A stretch of DNA of 64,000 bases, taken from the NCBI GenBank assembly GCA_965372795.1, contig CBDVDR010000019.1, forward strand, positions 1 through 64,000. Reading direction: 5' to 3'. Source of the DNA: an uncultured bacterium (lineage in GTDB: Bacteria > Zixibacteria > MSB-5A5 > GN15 > FEB-12). Made by a program: the position numbers and the translations under genes. The notes under the pieces are model-generated. The model worked only from the letters and a program-made list of their open reading frames with translations. It was not told the DNA's origin and did no database searches. Of this stretch, positions 11,301-20,059 are shown piece by piece (the stretch's first letter is position 1; every line of letters starts with the position of its first letter).

Positions 11301-14300
11301 TTTAGTCCGTTATCGGAAAGCGCTTCTTCATCCGGAACACCCAGTACAGAATTATCCCTGATATTGCCCTCGGTACCATTGATCCAGTTATATCTTATAG
11401 AAGGCAGATCCCAAAATGGACTATTATTATCACTTAACATTGCACATGAATCGGGTGGAAGCGGGCAATCACCTTCGCCCATAAAATACCAGTTGTCTCC
11501 GCTCGGATCAGGATTGGTTACCGGGTCATAACCCAGTTCATCTTCGTTGACTAACCCATCAAGACCAACATCTTCAAGATCGTTAACGGCACCATTTTTT
11601 TGACCGTCAGTAGCAAAACCATCCTCGGTAAATGCGATATTAATATGTTCAGTATATATATCAATATCCTCATTGATTTGACCAAATTCGAAATGAAGTT
11701 TGCCCTGAGCATTTTCATTTATTTTAGCCCTGAATTCAAAAAGCTGAACTCTTTTTGCATCCACTCTTGAATTGAAATATCGAGTCATTCCAGCCCATGA
11801 TGGGACTCTGGTCGTATCAACGTCATACAGAGTATCGTTTGTTACCTGATCAATCGTGTTGATAGTAGAATCGACAATTTCATTATCAGGTTTAAATACT
11901 AACCTGAAGGTTCGAAGTAAGCCTTCTCCCTGTTTAGTTTCACGATCAAAGACATCATCTGTTCGGACTAATTCAAAGGCAAGATCAGGAGTGTGCCAAA
12001 GAAGCTTTCCTCTATTAAATCTAATTAAGGGATCTTCTTCTTCCGCAGCTTGAATGGTATATGGTTTTGAAGCAATCTGCCAGATTGTACGCGAGATTCC
12101 CAATGACAGCTGATCTAAGGCAGTCTCAAAATCATCGACATAAGCCAGATTATCGACGTTCGGATTAGGATGCGACTGAGCCACTTCGCCGGTAATTCTT
12201 AAATTTGATGGAACTTCAGTTTCAACAAAAGGAAAGGCGTTAGCCATTTTTGTTAAGAAATTAGGCGTAAATTTAACACTGGCATCCAGATCCATAACAA
12301 CCATTGTTGCTGTTTCCTGGCCTACTTTTGGTTTCCTATCCTGTGCTTTGTCAGATTTATAAAGAAGGGTTGTGCCAAAAGAGATATCATCATTAAATTC
12401 ATACATTGCCCGCAGCCCTAATAGGGTCTTCTTTTGTAAAGACAAGAAAGGAGCATATTCAAAATCAACGGTTATGTCAGCATTGGGGTCTAATGCTTCT
12501 TGAGATATCAAAGTAATTTGACCGAAGTCATATTGAATTGAATAATCAGTATTTCTTTTTAATTGTCTGCCGTTAAGTTTAACGACTTCAGAACCTTCAA
12601 TAATATTAGCATGATTCAAACTGATAATCGAACTTCTTGTACGGGTAGCAAGCTGCAGATAGTATTGACTCTTTTTTACTATTTCCGTACCCCGGGTTCT
12701 TTCATTATACAGTGCCTCAACTTTGACCTGCAGCGGCATTGTAACGTTGCCGGCTTTATCAACAAAGGTTGTATCAGAATTAAATGGTGTTCGATGCGGA
12801 AATATAATTAATCCCCAGTCCGCCCTGAATATTTCTGATCGATCATCAAGCTTATTATCATGAGTCTTTTCATTGGAAGAGTTATACTGATCAAGTCCTA
12901 ATATCTCCAGATAAGTCATTGTATTATTATTTGTTTCCTGGAAATCAGGATTTTCAGAGTTAGATCTTTCGGTTCCGGTTAATCCTTTGAATATTTTCAA
13001 ATCAATATCTTCAACATTAACCCCGCGCGGTATCTGGTAACAGTTCCTCCACATTAATTGCCATGATCTTAGTTCAGCATTCGAATGTGTGCTGTTGAGA
13101 CTTAGAATTTTTAAATAAAGAGAATCAGTTGTTGTTTGAGAAATATCACCAATTGTAACAATCTCACCTTCAGACTTATCAAATATTTCCATATAATAGG
13201 CAATAGTTTTACTCTCGGTACGAGATGATTTAAAGACAAGGTACGGAATTGCGGAGCCACGAAATTCATAAGTGTAATTTTTGGGATCAATCTCTCTTAC
13301 TTGAATCTGATAAGTTTCATCTTTGTAAGCATTCACTCGGTCAGGATTAGTTGGTTCCGGGAAAATTTGGGCATCTTCAGCTTCAGCCACAGCTTCATCG
13401 TTAATTGAACTGCTTTTAACATGTTCATAGACAATCAACCGTATTATTGAGTCGCCGGGCTGGTAGGGATCGTTCATTCCCAGTAAAGTCGAGTCAGTGT
13501 AAGCCAGATCAAAGATTCTGTTTCGGGCAAACTCGTAATCTCTTATATGATCGGCTGATTCTTCACCGGTGGGTGTATACTGCGTTCTCTCTGATGAACC
13601 TTTTTCCTGTGATGCGATTGCAGTCAGCGTCAAATTTCCGACTGCAGCTTCAGCTTTAATTCCGAATAGTCCCTGAATACGCTGGTTATAGCCCACAAAT
13701 CGGGTGTTGGGAATTGATAAATTAGTGTTGCCGGCTTCAATCGTTTTTAGAATATCATCATCATCTCCTTTATATCTAATTTGAAGCCTGTTTGCTAATG
13801 GAATATCAGTTTGCGAATCCTGGGATACTTTTACTGTAATTTTACTGCCGATATTACCGGTAATATTAAATCGTGAAATCTGTTCCATATTCAGTGATGG
13901 GAATTTGTTTTGACGATATGTATCAGTTGCCGCAGCATCACGCCATTGCGATCTTCCGGAGAATGTAATTCTTCTATAACCGGAGACTTGTAAACCGGCT
14001 CCACCCTCGCCGAAGATTTTGTCTAACCTTTTTGGAAGCGCGACATTGATGCCCAGCCCTTTTTTTCGGTTGGCTCTGTTTGGATCGGTAAAAATTGAAT
14101 TAAAGATATTACTAAAATATTCCCGATCAGCTTTCTCCCTTTGATAATTCATATAACTCGTGGCATCAGCTGAGAGCGGAATCAGATATTTTCTTCTAAT
14201 TCCCTGCTGAAAGTACATCGATTCAAAACGTAATGAGTTACTTTCAAAATTTGCACTTTTTAATTTTGGTAAACGAACCAACTTCCCGGAAAGAGAAGTA

Positions 14301-14488
14301 TATGATTTTGGAGATAGGGCAACGGAATATCTCTCAGATTTTACATCATAACCTGAGACAAAGAAAGGATAAGGATCCAACGATGCTTGAAAACCGATTG
14401 ACGCACTTAAACTGGTAGAGAATATACCCAGCATTAAAATGGTCAATATCAGCAGATTTTTTCTAGTAAGCTTATTAATCACAGTCAA
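8327..14488 (-). CDS. sprA: Type IX secretion translocon SprA/Sov-like large outer-membrane beta-barrel
   Basis: 2053 aa with signal peptide; IEAGNTNLS, GLFGIKAE, DYSIQYDFGQIT, AYVDDFE and GEIWLDELRV motifs characteristic of SprA; C-terminal Phe. Confidence 0.85.
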   Translation of the reverse strand: MTVINKLTRKNLLILTILMLGIFSTSLSASIGFQASLDPYPFFVSGYDVKSERYSVALSPKSYTSLSGKLVRLPKLKSANFESNSLRFESMYFQQGIRRKYLIPLSADATSYMNYQREKADREYFSNIFNSIFTDPNRANRKKGLGINVALPKRLDKIFGEGGAGLQVSGYRRITFSGRSQWRDAAATDTYRQNKFPSLNMEQISRFNITGNIGSKITVKVSQDSQTDIPLANRLQIRYKGDDDDILKTIEAGNTNLSIPNTRFVGYNQRIQGLFGIKAEAAVGNLTLTAIASQEKGSSERTQYTPTGEESADHIRDYEFARNRIFDLAYTDSTLLGMNDPYQPGDSIIRLIVYEHVKSSSINDEAVAEAEDAQIFPEPTNPDRVNAYKDETYQIQVREIDPKNYTYEFRGSAIPYLVFKSSRTESKTIAYYMEIFDKSEGEIVTIGDISQTTTDSLYLKILSLNSTHSNAELRSWQLMWRNCYQIPRGVNVEDIDLKIFKGLTGTERSNSENPDFQETNNNTMTYLEILGLDQYNSSNEKTHDNKLDDRSEIFRADWGLIIFPHRTPFNSDTTFVDKAGNVTMPLQVKVEALYNERTRGTEIVKKSQYYLQLATRTRSSIISLNHANIIEGSEVVKLNGRQLKRNTDYSIQYDFGQITLISQEALDPNADITVDFEYAPFLSLQKKTLLGLRAMYEFNDDISFGTTLLYKSDKAQDRKPKVGQETATMVVMDLDASVKFTPNFLTKMANAFPFVETEVPSNLRITGEVAQSHPNPNVDNLAYVDDFETALDQLSLGISRTIWQIASKPYTIQAAEEEDPLIRFNRGKLLWHTPDLAFELVRTDDVFDRETKQGEGLLRTFRLVFKPDNEIVDSTINTIDQVTNDTLYDVDTTRVPSWAGMTRYFNSRVDAKRVQLFEFRAKINENAQGKLHFEFGQINEDIDIYTEHINIAFTEDGFATDGQKNGAVNDLEDVGLDGLVNEDELGYDPVTNPDPSGDNWYFMGEGDCPLPPDSCAMLSDNNSPFWDLPSIRYNWINGTEGNIRDNSVLGVPDEEALSDNGLNTINSYFSAEIDLANNQFVIDSSYKNGWLTYRIPIRDPEVIKSVVETSIEPNWEQITHVRVWFEADSTQSTQDTVEIAAWYFVQSNWQDTVIYSPISNQATKLTVATISTEDGTFRPPPGVQAYKDPTYNVIEPQRGLLFKFDSLQYLDTAMAVKELITVDQYSGYRKMKMYVNVKELSESSDSVEFFFRIGRDQLNFYEHQSYLMKSFEWDEINWIDINFQDLTSIKDSVLRAEGRRTNLDVTSGKYRVVGNPNLNEIRFFSVGVVNRNSEHAGDDTVNVSGEIWLDELRVTDVRRDVGSAARISTNGTIADLINYNFTYQTKDPYFRGISSATRGGSDQNLGSGQTETSMNYSVALNLHKFLPRSWNAKIPLRYNYSKQQRIPLLRNGTDILLPEAIRKEEETISESKKFSVSGLSFNHKGNNPLFNILLNRIRNTTFSYGISTRKAVITPYQYGENITIRSGFDFGIKKPLAIPIFFWTKWIPIAKKASNSKLGLYPSKFTINGDFNRSLTITDDIKLNRITTFRRSFTGSADLSYSLFENFKTGFRYKTVRDLSDINKVKISISDLRLGLETIFQHSFSANYDPKLLNFFTTSFGFNSSYNENYDKSFESYRSNLQRAVGISGNFNHMQLFGGGGSGASGGRRFRGRGRTNVRGGGAKQSEKKKRPFYDPPLAVMRFLTGWINPFQYKYDISFKNSIPGITIRPGLKYRFGFIDDPGELGMISQNRNPSSSESESYSLSSGFTLLGGFKTDVRFKESLNRDLISVGPRYENSSRSWPDLSIRIQKFKTLPLLKPVVNKLIDIFAPRTGYNRQVKERTNLDGSFTVDRSIVQNFKPLISINFKLIRSLSMSGSYSLTKNSGEKFNQTNGEFRSETRSNKKSIAVTTKFSFSSPGGITIPLIGKLKFKSTASIELNVKYNVTLSETAQKDKPFVASSDKSDMSISPKITYQFSSQIRGGITGRWQDTQDRRRGSTNHVREIQIWTEIHF

Positions 14489-14546
14489 TCTTAAATTATG
14501 TTCAATTCAGTTCGATAAATATTATTCTATAAGACTCCCCTCACAA

Positions 14547-15491
14547 CTAAAAGTTTCCAATATGAATAACTTCTTCTTCTAATATTATACCAAATTTTTG
14601 CATAACTTTCTTCTTTAATTTATCGGCAAGGTTTTTAATATCTTGTGAAGTTGCCTGGCCGGTATTAATAATAATATTGGCATGTTTGTCAGAAACTTTC
14701 GCTCCTCCAAAACTCATACCTTTGGCACCAATTTCATCAAGCAGTTTTCCAGCTGCAAGTTTTCCATGAGGTTGGGTTTCATCAACAATATTCTTAAAAA
14801 AGCATCCCGCTGAACATTCGTCATAGGGCAGTTTTTCATGCCTTGTTTTCAAAATATCATCAATTTTAGCTCTAATTGCCAGTTTATCACCCTTTTTGAG
14901 ACGAAAACGAGCATTTACAACAATATCTTTTGTCTTTTTTAATATAGAATCCCGATATGAAAATTCACCATCTTTCGCAACAAATTCTTTTAATACTCCA
15001 TCAGAATTTATCACGGTAAAGGAATCAATAACTGACCCAATTTCACCACCGTAAGCTCCGGCGTTGCCATAAATCGCACCACCTACCGAGCCGACTATAC
15101 CGGCGGCGAATTCGAGCCCGGTCAAAGAATTTTCTGCTGAAAATTCGACAAGGTTTTCCAAATCCTCACCAGCACCGCATAGGATTACAGTATCATCAGT
15201 TTGGGCTAATCCTTTTATATCAATTTTGAGAATTAAACCGTCAAATCCTGAGTCAGAAATTAAAATATTTGTACCGCCGCCAATTAAGAAATATGGGATA
15301 TTCATATTATTGGCAGCTTTTAACGCAGTTGCACAATCAATTTCAGTCTCTGCATTAATAAACAGGGCTGCTTCTCCACCGGTTTTAAAGCCGGTAAAGG
15401 GCGTCAGATTTTTATTAAACTGAAGTTTTTCACCAAAAGCTTCAATTAGACCCTGCTGGGACAGATTTTTTATATTTGAAAATTCAATCAT
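14547..15491 (-). CDS. murB: UDP-N-acetylenolpyruvoylglucosamine reductase
   Basis: GGGTNIL, GLEFAAGIVGSVGGAIYGNAGAYG, FSYRDS, SAGCFFKN and HANIIIN motifs. Start placed at ATG 15491 because a TG-TATATT -10-like box lies just upstream of it. Confidence 0.93.
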   Translation of the reverse strand: MIEFSNIKNLSQQGLIEAFGEKLQFNKNLTPFTGFKTGGEAALFINAETEIDCATALKAANNMNIPYFLIGGGTNILISDSGFDGLILKIDIKGLAQTDDTVILCGAGEDLENLVEFSAENSLTGLEFAAGIVGSVGGAIYGNAGAYGGEIGSVIDSFTVINSDGVLKEFVAKDGEFSYRDSILKKTKDIVVNARFRLKKGDKLAIRAKIDDILKTRHEKLPYDECSAGCFFKNIVDETQPHGKLAAGKLLDEIGAKGMSFGGAKVSDKHANIIINTGQATSQDIKNLADKLKKKVMQKFGIILEEEVIHIGNF

Positions 15492-15594
15492 ATATATCGG
15501 TATAATATAACAAAAATTGCCATAACCGCAAGGCAATTCAGCCAACCTTCCGGCGACTTATATATTTGCGGGACTGCATGTTATAAAATTTTAT

Positions 15595-15960
15595 TTACTC
15601 TTTTGCAGATTCCTCTTCAGAACTATCTGAATCTGTTGGTTCACTCTTATTTTCATCCGGTTCAGCCGGTTTATCCGTTTCAACCGACTCATCGGGTCTT
15701 TTTGATTCATCGACATAATTTAGACGCAGTTCATAGAGAACATGTCCGAGAAGTTTTGCTTCTTCATCGGATAAATTTCCTTTTGTTTTTTTCTCAATCA
15801 TATCAAGAACATCAATAGTAAATTGAGCTGCCTTCAAATCGCGTTCGATTTTACCTGAAATCATCGAAGCAATTTTTCCCATTTGCTGCATCGCTGATGC
15901 CTGCATTGATAATACCAACTGGAGAAACATGGTATCGATATTCTTATATGGGTCTGACAT
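15595..15960 (-). CDS. DUF1844 domain protein
   Basis: FLQLVLS..AMQQMGK..DLKAAQFTIDVLDMIEKKTKGNL..EE..LL...LYELRLNYV pattern; acidic tail; AGGA RBS. Confidence 0.8.
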   Translation of the reverse strand: MSDPYKNIDTMFLQLVLSMQASAMQQMGKIASMISGKIERDLKAAQFTIDVLDMIEKKTKGNLSDEEAKLLGHVLYELRLNYVDESKRPDESVETDKPAEPDENKSEPTDSDSSEEESAKE

Positions 15961-15975
15961 AATTTTCCTTTCGAA

Positions 15976-18069
15976 TTAACCGCCACCCAGAAGAGTCTGT
16001 TTGACGTCGTTTTTTTTCTTCAAATAGGAATATAAGTTCTTATACTCCAGATCAAGAGTTTTTTCTTCATTAAAAATTTTAATTAACAATTTTCGTGCTT
16101 TTTCCATCAGATCACGGTCGGATGAAAGCCGAACCGCTTTCAATTCGGGTAAACCGGACTGCTTGATTCCAAACATCTCCCCCGGTCCGCGAAGCTCAAG
16201 GTCAGCCTCGGCAACTTTGAAACCATCAGAGTTTTCCACAAAATATTTTAAACGGTGACTGGCAATTTCCGATACCGGAGGATGAGCAATGGCGATCAGC
16301 GTTGATTTTTTTTCACCGCGACCGATTCGTCCGCGTAACTGATGAAGCTGGGCAAGACCGAAGCGCTCGGAATGCTCGATTATCATCACCGTAGCATTCG
16401 GATTATCAATACCGACTTCGATAACAGTGGTTGCCATGAGGATATCAAGTTTACCCTCACGGAAATCTTTTAGAACTTTGTCGCGAGGTTTCTGTTTAGT
16501 GCGACCGTGAACCATCCCAACGCGGAAGCCTTCGAAAGTTCCGTTTGAAAGTTCCTTGTAGGCATCCTCAACATTTTCAAGTTCAATATTTTCTGATTTT
16601 TCAATCAAAGGATAAATGATATATGCCTGTCCGCCCTTTTTGATTTCATCTTTAACAAATTCATAAACTTTGGTGCGGGAATCTTTGGAACGCCAGGCGG
16701 TGCGAATCGGTAATCGTCCGGGCGGCAACCCTTCAATAGTTGAAATATCAAGGTCGCCATACAAAGTTAATGCCAGCGTTCGGGGAATCGGAGTGGCGGT
16801 CATCACTAACAGATCGGGGTTGTCACCTTTGGCATAAAGTTTCCCGCGTTGCTCGACTCCGAAACGATGCTGTTCATCAATGATCACCAAGCCAAGATGA
16901 TGGAACGAAACATAATCGTATATCAAAGCATGGGTCCCGAACAGGATATCAAGTTCGCCTTCAGCACACAGTTCGGCGACAGCTGTTTTTTCAGCCGGTT
17001 TCAAGCTTGAAGTCAGCAAGCCGCATTTTATACCAAGTTCATTCAGAGCCTCTTGCCAGTTTCTAAAATGCTGTTCGGCGAGAATTTCGGTCGGCGCCAT
17101 GAAAGCGGTCTGCATTTTATTTTCACCAACGAACAAAGCGGCTGCGATTGCGACAACGGTTTTACCGCAACCGACATCACCCTGCAACATCCGGTTCATC
17201 GGGTGTTCGGTTTGTAAATCATCAAATATTTCTTTGAGCGCTTTTTTTTGACCGGCTGTAAAATCAAAAGGTAAGTTTTTTTTGAATTGTGAAAGTTTTT
17301 TACCCGGTTTTTTATAACTATGCTTTTTTATCGTTTGTTCTTTTTTAATTTTGTTTTGATAGACTAAAAATTGAAAACCGAGAAGCTCATCATAAGCTAA
17401 TCTTCGGCGGCACAGCTCGACCTGCTCGCGATTGTCAGGGTAATGAATTTTGGTCACGGCATTATTCAGGTCTAACAGATCAATATTTTTGAGTTCCGCA
17501 GTCGGCAAATAATCTTTTACCTGTTCCGATAGATTATCCACCACAAAAGAAGTAATTTTTCGTATTCCCCGACTGTTCAATCCGGCTTTGTTAAGTTCGG
17601 CGGTTTGAGGATAGACCGGGATAATGCGACCGGCATGAATCAGTTTGTCGCTGTCCTCTTCGAGCCGTTCCAGTTCGGGATGAATCATCTGGTAGCCCTG
17701 AAAAAAGGTCGGGGTTCCGGTGGCGGCAAAGACCTGGCCTTTTTTGAAAGTCTTTTCCCAAAACCTTATTCCATGAAAGAAGATCAATGAGATATTGCCC
17801 GATTCATCTCCCAGAATCATTTCATATCGCCGGCGTCTGCCGTAGAGCATGCCATGACCTTTGACAACCCCAATAATTGTGGCGGGTTCGTTGATTTTTA
17901 AGTTAGTGATCGGGACAATACTGGTGCGGTCGAGATATTGACGTGGAAAATAAAACAGAATATCTTCAATGGTTCTTAAATTGAATTTTTCAAGAACTTC
18001 GGCTTTTTTTGGTCCCACGCCTTTGACATACTGGAGCGGAGAATTTAATCTTAAATCACCCACAGACAT
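15976..18069 (-). CDS. recG: ATP-dependent DNA helicase RecG
   Basis: KGVGPK, LQGDVGCGKT, APTEILAEQH, DEQHRFGV, MTATPIPRTL, QLHQLRGRIGR and DLELRGPG motifs. Confidence 0.97.
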   Translation of the reverse strand: MSVGDLRLNSPLQYVKGVGPKKAEVLEKFNLRTIEDILFYFPRQYLDRTSIVPITNLKINEPATIIGVVKGHGMLYGRRRRYEMILGDESGNISLIFFHGIRFWEKTFKKGQVFAATGTPTFFQGYQMIHPELERLEEDSDKLIHAGRIIPVYPQTAELNKAGLNSRGIRKITSFVVDNLSEQVKDYLPTAELKNIDLLDLNNAVTKIHYPDNREQVELCRRRLAYDELLGFQFLVYQNKIKKEQTIKKHSYKKPGKKLSQFKKNLPFDFTAGQKKALKEIFDDLQTEHPMNRMLQGDVGCGKTVVAIAAALFVGENKMQTAFMAPTEILAEQHFRNWQEALNELGIKCGLLTSSLKPAEKTAVAELCAEGELDILFGTHALIYDYVSFHHLGLVIIDEQHRFGVEQRGKLYAKGDNPDLLVMTATPIPRTLALTLYGDLDISTIEGLPPGRLPIRTAWRSKDSRTKVYEFVKDEIKKGGQAYIIYPLIEKSENIELENVEDAYKELSNGTFEGFRVGMVHGRTKQKPRDKVLKDFREGKLDILMATTVIEVGIDNPNATVMIIEHSERFGLAQLHQLRGRIGRGEKKSTLIAIAHPPVSEIASHRLKYFVENSDGFKVAEADLELRGPGEMFGIKQSGLPELKAVRLSSDRDLMEKARKLLIKIFNEEKTLDLEYKNLYSYLKKKNDVKQTLLGGG

Positions 18070-18131
18070 AGTCTGTTTGATTTAGTATTAAAAGTCAATT
18101 ATAAACCTCTTCACAGTCGGTAAAATGATTA

Positions 18132-18160
18132 TTTACAAGCGGAGTAATTCGTCATATACT
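18132..18160 (+). promoter_or_regulatory. sigma70-type promoter for tRNA-Sec
   Basis: TTTACA-17 bp-TATACT, ending 6 nt before tRNA position 1. Confidence 0.75.
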
Positions 18161-18166
18161 GTATGC

Positions 18167-18258
18167 GGAAGCGGATGCCGTCTGGTGGCGGTCCCGGCCT
18201 TCAAAGCCGTGAGGGGGGCATCATATGTCCCTGGTGGGTTCGATTCCCACCCCTTCCG
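18167..18258 (+). tRNA. selC: tRNA-Sec (anticodon UCA)
   Basis: GGAAG(C)GG/CCCTTCC acceptor stem with G73; 6-bp D-stem GCCGTC/GGCGGT with TGGT loop; CT-TCA-AA anticodon loop; long variable arm; GTGGG-TTCGATT-CCCAC T-arm. CCA is not encoded. Confidence 0.96.
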
Positions 18259-18363
18259 CTTATTTTACATACTTCGTATGATTATCTCTGGCGAAATTTG
18301 ATAGAATTTTTTATGTCGAATATTAAATTATTTCTGGTTGTGTCACATTAGACTTTGTTTATA

Positions 18364-18391
18364 TTGATATTACAATATTTTGTACTATAAT
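18364..18391 (+). promoter_or_regulatory. sigma70-type promoter for the putative nuclease gene
   Basis: TTGATA-16 bp-TATAAT; the spacer holds the inverted repeat TACAA-tatt-TTGTA. Confidence 0.5.
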
Positions 18392-18428
18392 ATCCATTAA
18401 ATCAATCATATAAAAGCGGAGGGCTAAA

Positions 18429-19196
18429 ATGTTTAAAGATTGGAATGAAAAAACGATTGAAATTGGAAAAAGTAAGGGTGGAGTAATAGCCGTTTCTCAC
18501 CCGTTTGATAATCTCATTAAAGGAAATATAAAACTTTGGCCAACTCCTGAAATCGTTCAGAAAATGTATAAAAGTAATCAGGGAAAAGCATTTGAGAATG
18601 AGAACAATGAAATTGTTACTGGAAAATTAGGCTATTACTGCGACTTGCAATCTATGCACAGCGAAGATTCACTCACTTGGAATGTTTTTGGTCCGGTTAA
18701 ATATTCTAATAAAGAAATTAGAATCAAATTTGTAAAAGAACTATTGGGAAAAATTGATTTTCATAGCACAGAGATTTCGGATGCTCAACTGTGGCTTTGG
18801 AGAAGACTACCGCATCCTGATACTTTTGTATCTGGAGGTCCCGAAATTGATTTTGGTATTACCGCAAACAGCGTTTGTATTATTGGGGAAGCAAAATGGT
18901 TATCTGGTCTTGGTAAAAAACAAGGTATTAACAAAGACAAAGATCAAATAGACATACGACTTGATTTCATAAAAAAACTTGGTGATAAAACATTTCATGG
19001 GATTAAAGATTTTATTGTTTTAGGTCTTAGCCCTCAGCCTGAAATTGATGATAGTTACAACATTAATTGTTCACATTCAAAAATTCATTTGAAAAATATG
19101 ACTTGGGAAACAATTTGTAGCTTAAGTTGTCATCCCTTTAGGGAGGAATTGATAAATCATCTTAAGTGGAAGAAACAGCATTCGAAGATGAAATAG
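18429..19196 (+). CDS. Hypothetical protein, putative PD-(D/E)XK restriction-endonuclease-like nuclease
   Basis: GGAGG RBS; SEDSLTWNVF segment and PEIDFGI...IIGEAKW (D...E-x-K) catalytic-like motif. Confidence 0.6.
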   Translation: MFKDWNEKTIEIGKSKGGVIAVSHPFDNLIKGNIKLWPTPEIVQKMYKSNQGKAFENENNEIVTGKLGYYCDLQSMHSEDSLTWNVFGPVKYSNKEIRIKFVKELLGKIDFHSTEISDAQLWLWRRLPHPDTFVSGGPEIDFGITANSVCIIGEAKWLSGLGKKQGINKDKDQIDIRLDFIKKLGDKTFHGIKDFIVLGLSPQPEIDDSYNINCSHSKIHLKNMTWETICSLSCHPFREELINHLKWKKQHSKMK

Positions 19197-19218
19197 AAAA
19201 ATTAGCTACCAGTAAGTT

Positions 19219-19261
19219 GGCAAGATCACAGGGCAACTGAGGGTTGGTTCTGATGCCCTAC
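19219..19261 (-). repeat. Degenerate GTAG-type REP-like element
   Basis: GGCA...TGCC-CTAC. Shares GGCA.GATCACAGGG with the 19969 copy and GGCAAC..AGGGTTGGTT with the 114 copy. Confidence 0.5.
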
Positions 19262-19391
19262 TACGATATCGGATACTTTACCCGGTGAAATTTGTCCATT
19301 TTTTTATTGCATCCAATAAATCGTGCCTTTATTTTTAAATATAAATCGCAACTTGAATATCAATTAGTAACCAAATAAAAAGGAGGAGAAA

Positions 19392-19904
19392 ATGAAGAAG
19401 TTACCTATTCGTTTAATTGGAATTATTGTATTTCTAATAATTCTTAATCTGGGTTGTACTTGTGAAGAAAAGAGTATCAATGTTGAAGCCGATAAAGCAG
19501 CAATAAATGAACTATATAGCCAATATTGTAAGGGCTGCAATACCGGTGACTTAGAGCTTTGGATTTCTCTTTGGGATGATAATGCGATGCGTTTTGAACC
19601 GGAAATTCCAACCGTAATTGGGAAAGAAAATATTAAGGAATACATACAACCAGCCTTTGAGAACTTTAATCTTGAGGTAGTTATTTTAGGCGAACCAGAA
19701 ATTGAAATAACAGAGAACTGGGCATTTTCTCAAAGTGAGTACACAGTAACCTTAACTCCTAAGACAGAGGGTCCGACAACTTTTATCGAAGGAAGATGGG
19801 TTGACATTTTGAGAAGACAAGATGATGGATCATGGAAGATTTACCGTGATATGGCAAATTACAAAACTCCACCAACTACTGAAACGCCTACGACCGAAGG
19901 ATAA
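19392..19904 (+). CDS. SnoaL/NTF2-like (DUF4440/YybH) domain protein, probably a lipoprotein
   Basis: AGGAGG RBS; signal peptide with LGC; D..AI.EL...Y, GD, GKENI and GRWVDILRRQDDGSWKI motifs. Confidence 0.82.
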   Translation: MKKLPIRLIGIIVFLIILNLGCTCEEKSINVEADKAAINELYSQYCKGCNTGDLELWISLWDDNAMRFEPEIPTVIGKENIKEYIQPAFENFNLEVVILGEPEIEITENWAFSQSEYTVTLTPKTEGPTTFIEGRWVDILRRQDDGSWKIYRDMANYKTPPTTETPTTEG

Positions 19905-19968
19905 GTCCGAGCAATCGTGGGTTGGTTATTCTGCCCAAGCTTTTATCATATTTGATAAGGTTGAAGAT

Positions 19969-19995
19969 GGCAGGATCACAGGGATCCTGCCCTAC
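19969..19995 (-). repeat. GTAG-type REP-like hairpin
   Basis: GGCAGGATC-ACAGG-GATCCTGCC followed by CTAC. Confidence 0.7.
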
Positions 19996-20059
19996 TTGGT
20001 CATATAATTCGTTACACGTTTATGCGTTTCATATAATTAGAGTATAGATTTGTCTTACA

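Noticed and set aside
18163..18351. 62-aa ORF
   Set aside because: It overlaps the tRNA-Sec gene and is spurious.
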